A stretch of 64,000 nucleotides of DNA from an uncultured Wenzhouxiangella sp. (GTDB lineage Bacteria > Pseudomonadota > Gammaproteobacteria > Xanthomonadales > Wenzhouxiangellaceae). The notes below the pieces were generated by a model, which saw only the letters and a list, made by a program, of their open reading frames with translations, was not told the origin of the DNA and did not search any database. A program made the translations under genes and the position numbers. The DNA is taken from NCBI GenBank assembly GCA_964446675.1, contig CAYUPK010000015.1:14753-78752 (forward strand). Direction: 5' to 3'. Each line of letters starts with the position of its first letter. The stretch's first letter is position 1. This document shows, in pieces, positions 1 through 6,659 of this stretch.

Positions 1-297
1 GCCGGCCTTGTCCACCGCGCGGGCAAAATCAGCATTTTCAGCCAGAAAGCCGTAGCCGGGATGGATGGCCTGCGCGCCCGTCTCCCGTGCCGCGGCAATG
101 ATGCGCTCACCGTCCAGATAGGACTCGCGCGCCGGGGCGGCGCCGATATGAACGGCCCGGTCAGCCAGGCGCACGTGCCGGGCGCTGGCGTCGGCGTCGG
201 AGCAGACGGCCACGGTTTGCACGCCAAGCCGGCGGCAGGTGGCGATGATGCGGCAGGCGATTTCACCGCGATTGGCAATCAGGACTGTCTTGAACAT
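1..297 (-). CDS. liuD: 3-methylcrotonyl-CoA carboxylase alpha (biotin carboxylase) subunit, first 99 codons; gene continues past the window start
   Basis: Reverse complement from ATG at 297-295 reads [99 protein letters not shown]. This is a typical biotin-carboxylase N-domain. It lies downstream of liuB-liuC on the same strand. It is absent from the ORF track because it runs off the window. Confidence 0.85.
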   Translation of the reverse strand, partial: MFKTVLIANRGEIACRIIATCRRLGVQTVAVCSDADASARHVRLADRAVHIGAAPARESYLDGERIIAAARETGAQAIHPGYGFLAENADFARAVDKAG

Positions 298-313
298 GGT
301 CACTCGAACATTG

Positions 314-405
314 GAGCCGCGGAAGACAGGGAATCACACGGAAAAAAATCGATCTTTCTTGAAAGCACTGTCTTCTTCCGTGCCATTCCTTGTTCTCCGT
401 GGTTC
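314..405. repeat. Imperfect hairpin with 9-nt-periodic arms (CACGGAA-type) in the liuC-liuD spacer
   Basis: Left arm 314-343 is GAGCCGCGGAAGACAGGGAATCACACGGAA. The reverse complement of the right arm 376-405 is GAACCACGGAGAACAAGGAATGGCACGGAA. The arms are about 30 nt with roughly 75-80% pairing around a 32-nt loop. A related half-copy lies at 3103-3132. Confidence 0.7.
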
Positions 406-412
406 ATTGTTT

Positions 413-1207
413 TCAGGAATCGCCCGCAACCCAGGACGGCTTACGCTTTTCCAGAAAGGCGCTGAGGCCTTCCTGGCCTTCGGGGGAGACGCGCAGGGCG
501 GCGATCAGTTCGGAGGTGCGGCGGTCGGTTTCGGTCTTGTCGTGGCGGCCGCTGGCAATCGTGTGAATCAGTTCCTTGCAGTAGGCCTGGGCGTGCGGGC
601 CGCCGGCCAGCAGCAGTTCAATGAGGTCGTCGATGTGCCCGTCGAGCTGGCCCGGGGGCACGGTGTCGCTGATCAGGCCCAGATGCACGGCGCGTTTGGC
701 GTCAATGCGCTCGCCGGTGAGCATGTAGTGGCGGGCGTTGTTGACGCCGATGCGCGGAATGACGAACGGCGCAATGGTTGCCGGAGCCAGGCCAAGGCGC
801 ACCTCGGTCAAGCCGAATTTCGCCGTCTCCAGCGCCACGGCCAGGTCGCAGCAGGCGATCAGGCCAACGCCGCCACCAAAGGCGTGACCGTTGACCCGGG
901 CCACGGTCGGGCAGGGCATCTGGTCGAGCTTGCGCAGCATGGCCGCCAGGCGCCTGGCATCCTCGCGGTTTTCCGACTTGGAAGCCCCGGCCATGGCGCG
1001 CATCCAGTTGAGATCCGCGCCGGCGGAAAAGCTGTGGCCCTCGCCGGTCAATATCATTGCCCGCGCTCCGTCGTTGGCGACCCTGTCGAAAGTCTCCGCC
1101 AGCGCGGCCACCAGCTCGGCATTGAAAGCGTTGTGCACCTCCGGCCGATTCAGCGTCACCGTGGCGACGCCGCGATCATTGATGTCGAGTTTCAGTAAAT
1201 CAGTCAT
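413..1207 (-). CDS. liuC: Methylglutaconyl-CoA hydratase (enoyl-CoA hydratase/crotonase family)
   Basis: 264-aa ORF with a crotonase fold signature (VATVTLNRPEVHNAFN, GEGHSFSAGADLNWM, GHAFGGGVGL). It lies between the MCCase beta and alpha genes, as in liu clusters. Confidence 0.85.
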   Translation of the reverse strand: MTDLLKLDINDRGVATVTLNRPEVHNAFNAELVAALAETFDRVANDGARAMILTGEGHSFSAGADLNWMRAMAGASKSENREDARRLAAMLRKLDQMPCPTVARVNGHAFGGGVGLIACCDLAVALETAKFGLTEVRLGLAPATIAPFVIPRIGVNNARHYMLTGERIDAKRAVHLGLISDTVPPGQLDGHIDDLIELLLAGGPHAQAYCKELIHTIASGRHDKTETDRRTSELIAALRVSPEGQEGLSAFLEKRKPSWVAGDS

Positions 1208-1217
1208 GGCTCGGTCC

Positions 1218-1299
1218 AGGGTTCAGGTTTCGGGGTTCAGGTTTCAGGGGTGGCTTCGGTAAGGGTTTCGCTGAACCCTTAAACCTGAACCCCGAAACC
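1218..1299. repeat. Heptad-periodic hairpin element (GTTCAGG/GTTTCAGG family), copy 1
   Basis: CAGGGTTCAGGTTTCGGGGTTCAGGTTTCAGGGG (1217-1250) pairs with CTGAACCCTTAAACCTGAACCCCGAAACC (1271-1299). The element fills the liuB-liuC spacer. Confidence 0.8.
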
Positions 1300-1305
1300 T
1301 TTTCA

Positions 1306-2913
1306 TCACATTCTGAATACACCGAAGCGCTCGCGCTCGATTGGTGCGTTGGCCGAGGCCGCGATGGCCAGGCCCAGCACGCGGCGGGTGTCGGTCGGGT
1401 CGATGATGCCGTCGTCCCACAGGCGGGCGCTGGCGTAGTAGGGATGACCCTGTTGTTCGTACTGGTCGCGGATGGGGGCCTTGAATTTTTCCTCTTCGTC
1501 TTGCGGCCAATCCTGACCGCGCGCTGCCAGTGAGTCGCGCTTGACGGTGGCCAGCACGCTGGCGGCCTGTTCGCCGCCCATCACCGAGATGCGTGCGTTG
1601 GGCCACATCCACAGAAACCGCGGCTGATAGGCGCGGCCGCACATGGCGTAGTTGCCGGCGCCGAATGATCCGCCGATGACGACGGTGAACTTGGGCACGT
1701 GGGAGCAGGCTACGGCGGTGACCATCTTGGCGCCGTCGCGGGCAATGCCCGACTGCTCGTATTTTCTGCCGACCATGAAGCCGGTGATGTTCTGCAAGAA
1801 CACCAGCGGGATGTTGCGTTGATTGCAAAGCTGAATGAAGTGCGCGCCCTTCAGAGCTGATTCGGAAAACAGGATGCCGTTGTTGGCCACGATGCCCACG
1901 GTATAGCCGTGGATGCGCGCGAAGCCGCAGACCAGTGTCGTGCCGTAGCGGGCCTTGAATTCGTCGAAATTCGAGCCGTCGACGATGCGGGCGATGATCT
2001 CGCGCACCTCGAAGGGATAGCGCGTGTCGTCGGGCAGGATGCCAAAGATGTCGTCGGCCGGCCAGGCTGGCTCTTTCGGCGTTTCATCGGGGCCGAAGGC
2101 CGGCGCCGGGCGGTTGAGGTTGCCGACCAGGTCGCGGGCGATGGCCAGGGCGTGGGTGTCGTTTTCGGCAAAGTGATCGGCGACGCCCGACAGGCGCGTG
2201 TGCACATCGGCGCCGCCCAGAGTCTCGGCATCGACTTCCTCGCCGGTCGCAGCTTTCACCAGCGGCGGCCCGCCCAGGAAAATCGTGCCCTGTTCGCGCA
2301 CGATGATCGCCTCGTCGCACATGGCCGGCACGTAGGCGCCGCCGGCGGTGCACGAGCCCATGACTACGGCAATCTGCGGGATGTTCTTCGCCGACAGCCG
2401 CGCCTGGTTGTAAAAGATGCGGCCGAAGTGGTCGCGGTCGGGGAAGACCTCGTCCTGCAGCGGCAAAAAGGCGCCGCCGGAGTCGACCAGGTAGATGCAG
2501 GTCAGGTTGTTCTCGAGCGCGATTTCCTGGGCGCGCAGGTGCTTCTTGACCGTCATCGGGTAGTAGGTGCCGCCCTTTACCGTGGCGTCGTTGGCCACCA
2601 CCATGCACTCCTGTCCGTTGACCCGGCCGATGCCGGCGATCAGGCCCGCGCCGGGGGCGTCGTTGTCGTACATGCCGTTGGCCGCCAGCGGTGCGACTTC
2701 CAGAAAGGGGCTGCCGGGATCGAGCAGAGTGCGCACGCGCTCGCGCGGCAGCAGCTTGCCGCGGCTCTCGTGTCTCTCGCGTGACTTTTCGGGTCCGCCC
2801 AGCGCGGTGCGCTCCAGCTCCTCGCGCAGATCGGCGGCCAACTGGCGGTGATACCGGTCGCGCTCGACAAAGTCGGCGTCCTTGCGGTTGACTTGGCTGT
2901 CCAGGCGGGGCAT
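1306..2913 (-). CDS. liuB: 3-methylcrotonyl-CoA carboxylase beta (carboxyltransferase) subunit
   Basis: 535-aa ORF with acyl-CoA carboxyltransferase features throughout ([56 protein letters not shown]). Confidence 0.9.
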   Translation of the reverse strand: MPRLDSQVNRKDADFVERDRYHRQLAADLREELERTALGGPEKSRERHESRGKLLPRERVRTLLDPGSPFLEVAPLAANGMYDNDAPGAGLIAGIGRVNGQECMVVANDATVKGGTYYPMTVKKHLRAQEIALENNLTCIYLVDSGGAFLPLQDEVFPDRDHFGRIFYNQARLSAKNIPQIAVVMGSCTAGGAYVPAMCDEAIIVREQGTIFLGGPPLVKAATGEEVDAETLGGADVHTRLSGVADHFAENDTHALAIARDLVGNLNRPAPAFGPDETPKEPAWPADDIFGILPDDTRYPFEVREIIARIVDGSNFDEFKARYGTTLVCGFARIHGYTVGIVANNGILFSESALKGAHFIQLCNQRNIPLVFLQNITGFMVGRKYEQSGIARDGAKMVTAVACSHVPKFTVVIGGSFGAGNYAMCGRAYQPRFLWMWPNARISVMGGEQAASVLATVKRDSLAARGQDWPQDEEEKFKAPIRDQYEQQGHPYYASARLWDDGIIDPTDTRRVLGLAIAASANAPIERERFGVFRM

Positions 2914-2950
2914 GAGGGCTCCGGTTGATCAAAGCGTTTTATTGTAGCCT

Positions 2951-3283
2951 GCTGGTTGGCTGGTTGGCTGGTTGGCTGGTTGGCTGGTTCGGCATCGGCC
3001 AGGATTGGTGGGCGGCTGCGCCGCGCGCGGTAGGTGGGGCTGGAAAAATCAAAATCTCTGAAACGCAAAGACGCAAAGACGCGAAGAAAGTCGAAAGCGA
3101 TGGAGCCACGGAAAACACGGAATGCACGGAAGGCGGGCCCGGAAAGCGATGCGTTGCGTTTGCACTTCACCATCCTGCGGTTGTCAGGGGGAGCACCAGG
3201 GTTCGACCCCACCATTCGTTTCGCGGCGCAGCCGCCCCGCAAATCCAGGGGCGCCGAACCAGCCAACCAGCCAACCAGCCAAC
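2951..3283. repeat. Composite, roughly 333-bp imperfect palindrome with octamer tandem-repeat termini
   Basis: The left terminus is (GCTGGTTG)x5 at 2951-2990. The right terminus is (CAACCAGC)x3.5 at 3256-3283. The inner arms are also complementary: GGTTCGGC...CGGCTGCGCCGCG at 2986-3027 against CGCGGCGCAGCCG...GCCGAACC at 3222-3260. The interior carries further periodic motifs (ACGCAAAG x3, NNCACGGAA x3). Confidence 0.75.
3103..3141. repeat. 39-nt CACGGAA-type half element flanked by the 10-bp direct repeat GAAAGCGATG
   Basis: GAGCCACGGAAAACACGGAATGCACGGAAG at 3103-3132 is homologous to the left arm of the 314-405 hairpin. Identical GAAAGCGATG copies lie at 3093-3102 and 3142-3151. Confidence 0.65.
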
Positions 3284-3328
3284 ATATTCAGCGCAAGCGG
3301 CCCGCCGCATTTTTGCGACGAAAACCGG

Positions 3329-3358
3329 TTGCCCCCGGCTTCCCGGGGCAGGTATAAT
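3329..3358 (+). promoter_or_regulatory. Candidate sigma70 promoter for rpsO
   Basis: TTGCCC (3329-3334), an 18-nt spacer, then a perfect TATAAT (3353-3358), about 125 nt upstream of the rpsO ATG. Confidence 0.45.
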
Positions 3359-3482
3359 GCCGGGCTTGATGAAAACCGGCGACTGGGGCTTTTGCATAAA
3401 GCCCGGCCTGGGATCGGCCCAGGGGGTTTTCTGGAAAAGCCCGGTCGCCCGAAGATCCAATTTTCAGGAGTAGGTTGAAAAA

Positions 3483-3752
3483 ATGACTCTGACCGCTGAA
3501 GAAAAGAGCCAGGTTGTCAAGGATTACCAGCTCTCCGAGGGTGATACGGGCTCGCCGGAAGTGCAGGTTGCGCTGCTGACTGCGCGCATCCAGAATCTGG
3601 CCGGCCATTTCGAGGACCACAAAGCTGATCATCACTCCCGTCGAGGCCTGCTCAAGCTGGTCAATCAGCGTCGCTCTTTGCTGGACTACGTTCGCAAGAA
3701 GGATGTCCAGCGTTATCGCGACCTGATCGAGCGCCTTGGCCTGCGCCGCTAA
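3483..3752 (+). CDS. rpsO: 30S ribosomal protein S15
   Basis: 89 aa, [16 protein letters not shown]...[45 protein letters not shown] Shine-Dalgarno at 3466-3470. Confidence 0.97.
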   Translation: MTLTAEEKSQVVKDYQLSEGDTGSPEVQVALLTARIQNLAGHFEDHKADHHSRRGLLKLVNQRRSLLDYVRKKDVQRYRDLIERLGLRR

Positions 3753-3778
3753 GAAGCGGATTGATCCGATCGATACCG

Positions 3779-3816
3779 ACACCCCGGTAGCTTTCGAGCT
3801 AGTCCGGGGTGTTTTC
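3779..3816 (+). terminator. rpsO terminator / pnp leader hairpin
   Basis: A perfect 9-bp stem ACACCCCGG (3779-3787) / CCGGGGTGT (3804-3812) with an inner TAGCT/AGCTA extension, followed by TTTTC. In E. coli the equivalent position carries the rpsO terminator and the RNase III-processed pnp leader. Confidence 0.7.
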
Positions 3817-3845
3817 TATTGCAAGTGCAAAGTGGAGTGAGTGAA

Positions 3846-5948
3846 GTGAAGAAGTTCAGCAAGACGTTCAAATTCGGCGAGCACGACGTGACGCTCGAAA
3901 CCGGGCATGTCGCGCGTCAGGCCGATGGTGCCGTGCTGGTGAGCATGGCCGATACCGTGGTCCTGGTCACCGCCGTGGCCCGCAAGGAGGCCAAGCCGGG
4001 TCAGCCCTTTTTTCCGCTGACCGTCAACTACCAGGAAAAATTCTATTCCGCCGGCCGCATCCCCGGCGGTTTCTTCAAGCGTGAAGGCCGTCCGACCGAG
4101 AAGGAAACGCTGACCTCGCGGCTGCTCGACCGCCCGATTCGCCCGCTGTTTCCCAAGGGTTTCCTGAACGAAACCCAGGTCATCGCCACGGTGATGTCGT
4201 CCAACCCCGAAGTCGACGCCGATATCCCGGCGATGATCGGCGCCTCCGCGGCGCTGTCGCTGTCCGGCTGCCCGTTCCAGGGCCCGATCGGCGGTGCCCG
4301 GGTCGGCTTCGTGGATGGTGACTACGTGCTCAACCCGACCGCCACCCAGCTCGAGGAGTCGAGGCTCAACCTGGTGGTTGCAGGCACCTCCGAAGCCGTT
4401 CTGATGGTCGAATCCGAAGCCGACCAGCTCAGCGAAGAGCAGATGCTGGGCGCGGTCACCTTTGGCCACGAGCAGATGCAGGTGGCCATCGATGCGATCA
4501 ACGATTTGACCGAAGAAGCCGGCAAGCCGAAGTGGGACTGGCAGCCGCCGGAAGCGCCGGCGGGCCTGGAAGACAAGGTTCGAAGCGCCATCGGTGAGGG
4601 CCTGGAGAAGGCCTACGACCTGACCGACAAGATGCAGCGTCGTGACGCCGTTTCCGAGGTCAAGAATCGCGTGGTCGAGCAGCTCTGCGATGAAAATGAC
4701 GAGTCCGCACCGAGCGTTGACGAGGTTTCGAGCGCGTTCGGCTCGATCGAGAAGAACCTGGTTCGCGAGCGCATCCTGTCAGGCCAGGCCCGTATCGACG
4801 GCCGCGACCTGACCACCGTGCGCCCCCTGGACATGTCGGTCGGGTTCCTGCCGCGCACGCATGGTTCGGCCATCTTCACCCGCGGCGAGACCCAGGCCAT
4901 GTGCGTAGTCACGCTGGGCACCGGCCGGGACGCACAGATCATCGACGCCATCGAGGGTGAGTACAAGGAGCCGTTCATGCTCCACTACAATTTCCCTCCC
5001 TATTGCGTGGGCGAGACCAGCCACATGCTTGCTCCCAAGCGGCGCGAGATCGGCCACGGCAAGCTGGCCAAGCGCGCGCTCTCCGCGGTGGTGCCCGCCG
5101 GCGAGGAATTCCCCTACGTGCTGCGCCTGGTCTCGGAAGTGACAGAGTCCAACGGTTCGAGCTCCATGGCCACGGTCTGTGGCTCGTCGCTTGCGATGAT
5201 GGACGCCGGCGTGCCGATCAAGGCGCCGGTGGCCGGCATTGCCATGGGCCTGATCAAGGACGACGACCGTTTCGCGGTGCTCACCGACATTCTTGGTGAC
5301 GAGGACCATCTCGGCGACATGGACTTCAAGGTGGCCGGCACCGCCGAGGGCGTGACCGCCCTGCAGATGGATATCAAGATCACCGGCATCACCCGCGAGA
5401 TCATGGAGGTCGCGCTCAAGCAGGCCAACGCCGGCCGCGGTCATATTCTCGAGCAGATGAACGCAGTCATCGACAAGCCGCGCGAGGAAATGAGCGAGTA
5501 CGCCCCGCGCCTGTTCACCATGAAGGTGCATCCGGACAAGATCCGCGACGTGATTGGCAAGGGCGGCACGACCATCCGCCAAATCACCGAAGAGACCGGG
5601 ACGACCATCGACATCCAGGACGACGGCACGGTCACGATTGCCTCGGTCAATCAGGCGGCCGCCGACGACGCGCGCAAGCGCATCGAGCAGATCACCGCCG
5701 ATGTCGAGGTGGGCACAATCTACGAGGGCACGGTCACCAAGATCATGAACTTCGGCGCCTTCGTGACGATTCTGCCGGGCAAGGACGGCCTGGTTCATAT
5801 CTCGCAGATCTCCGATCAGCGCGTCGAGAACGTCACCGACGAGCTGGCCGAAGGCGACAAGGTCAAGGTCAAGGTCCTCGAGGTCGACAAGCAGGGCCGC
5901 ATTCGCCTGAGCATGAAAGCGCTCACGGAAGACGAAAAGGCATCCTGA
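3846..5948 (+). CDS. pnp: Polyribonucleotide nucleotidyltransferase (PNPase)
   Basis: The ORF is open from TTG at 3819. I prefer GTG at 3846 ([20 protein letters not shown] matches PNPase N-termini, with GGAG 10 nt upstream). RNase PH, KH and S1 domains are recognisable. Confidence 0.95.
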   Translation: MKKFSKTFKFGEHDVTLETGHVARQADGAVLVSMADTVVLVTAVARKEAKPGQPFFPLTVNYQEKFYSAGRIPGGFFKREGRPTEKETLTSRLLDRPIRPLFPKGFLNETQVIATVMSSNPEVDADIPAMIGASAALSLSGCPFQGPIGGARVGFVDGDYVLNPTATQLEESRLNLVVAGTSEAVLMVESEADQLSEEQMLGAVTFGHEQMQVAIDAINDLTEEAGKPKWDWQPPEAPAGLEDKVRSAIGEGLEKAYDLTDKMQRRDAVSEVKNRVVEQLCDENDESAPSVDEVSSAFGSIEKNLVRERILSGQARIDGRDLTTVRPLDMSVGFLPRTHGSAIFTRGETQAMCVVTLGTGRDAQIIDAIEGEYKEPFMLHYNFPPYCVGETSHMLAPKRREIGHGKLAKRALSAVVPAGEEFPYVLRLVSEVTESNGSSSMATVCGSSLAMMDAGVPIKAPVAGIAMGLIKDDDRFAVLTDILGDEDHLGDMDFKVAGTAEGVTALQMDIKITGITREIMEVALKQANAGRGHILEQMNAVIDKPREEMSEYAPRLFTMKVHPDKIRDVIGKGGTTIRQITEETGTTIDIQDDGTVTIASVNQAAADDARKRIEQITADVEVGTIYEGTVTKIMNFGAFVTILPGKDGLVHISQISDQRVENVTDELAEGDKVKVKVLEVDKQGRIRLSMKALTEDEKAS

Positions 5949-5958
5949 TCGACATCTT

Positions 5959-5990
5959 GCGGCTGCCCGGACTCCCGGGCCGCCGCGTTT
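5959..5990 (+). terminator. Probable pnp terminator hairpin
   Basis: GCGGCTGCCCGG (5959-5970), loop ACTC, then CCGGGCCGCCGC (5975-5986), followed by GTTTCC. The stem is GC-rich with one mismatch and the T-tract is weak. Confidence 0.5.
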
Positions 5991-6020
5991 CCGGCCTTTC
6001 GCTGTAGCTGGAAGTACTAG

Positions 6021-6081
6021 GCACGAAGAACACGAAGATCACGAAAAAGAATTTTTTTCTTGCTCTTCTTGTTCTTCGTGC
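6021..6081. repeat. Hairpin with 9-nt-periodic arms (CACGAAGA type)
   Basis: GCACGAAGAACACGAAGATCACGAAAAAGAA (6021-6051) pairs with TTCTTGCTCTTCTTGTTCTTCGTGC (6057-6081). The apex is T-rich. Confidence 0.75.
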
Positions 6082-6169
6082 TCTTTGTATTCTTCGAGGT
6101 TGTTTGTTCAGAACCTGCCTGCCGGAGCTGGAATCCAGCCTCCGGCGGCGCTGACAGGATGAATGGCAC

Positions 6170-6559
6170 ATGGAACTGCTGATTCCCGTATCCCCCGGCG
6201 AGCTGCTCGACAAGCTCTCCATTCTCGAAATCAAGCGCGAGCGTATCGACGACGAGGCCAAGCTGGTCAACGTTCGCCGCGAGCATGAATTGCTTGCGCG
6301 CGTCTGGGCGGATGCAGGCGTGGACGATGATGAAATTGATGCCTTGCGCTCCGGATTGCGCGAGGTCAACGAAGCCCTGTGGGTGATCGAGGACGACATT
6401 CGAGACGAAGAGCGCGCACGGCGCTTCGGCGAACGCTTCATCGAACTGGCGCGCTCGGTTTATGTGCGCAATGATGAGCGCGCCGCGCTCAAGAAGCAGA
6501 TCAACGAACGACTCGGTTCGGAAATCGTGGAAGAAAAGTCGTATCGCGACTACCGCTGA
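6170..6559 (+). CDS. Small conserved hypothetical protein (resembles the DUF6165 type from memory)
   Basis: 129-aa ORF with coding-like composition. Motifs GELLDKLSILEIKRERI and ALWVIEDDIRDEER...FIELARSVYVRNDERAALKKQIN. The family name is recalled, not verified. Confidence 0.6.
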   Translation: MELLIPVSPGELLDKLSILEIKRERIDDEAKLVNVRREHELLARVWADAGVDDDEIDALRSGLREVNEALWVIEDDIRDEERARRFGERFIELARSVYVRNDERAALKKQINERLGSEIVEEKSYRDYR

Positions 6560-6659
6560 AAGCGGCCGCTCTCCAGAGTTTCCCGGAGTTTTCGTGGCCT
6601 TATGCACATTTGGGTAGTAGAATTGCCCTTGTTCCCCAAACCAATCAAAAGGCGCTGCG

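Noticed and set aside
239-1198. Long antisense ORFs opposite recognised genes. Examples are 239-1198(+), 18602-20461(-), 22607-24517(-), 32211-34103(+), 34370-35893(-), 50601-52508(-) and many shorter ones in the track.
   Set aside because: They lie opposite ORFs with clear family motifs and are Arg/Ala/Gly/Pro-rich with no recognisable motifs. This is the expected artefact of about 67% GC DNA, which has few stop codons in off-frames.
1218-1299. Whether the short periodic repeats could be CRISPR arrays.
   Set aside because: The units are 7-9 nt and directly abutting with no spacers. They are arranged as inverted arms, and no cas genes are present.
3199-3212. tRNA T-loop-like string GGTTCGACCCC.
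   Set aside because: The flanking bases do not form a T stem, and no acceptor or anticodon arms can be drawn.
2925-3478. ORFs in the liuB-rpsO intergenic region (for example LLVGWLAGWLVGWF and PANQPTSQPANQ peptides).
   Set aside because: They are translations of the octamer tandem repeats and palindrome arms. Mirror-image ORFs appear on both strands, and none has a Shine-Dalgarno sequence.
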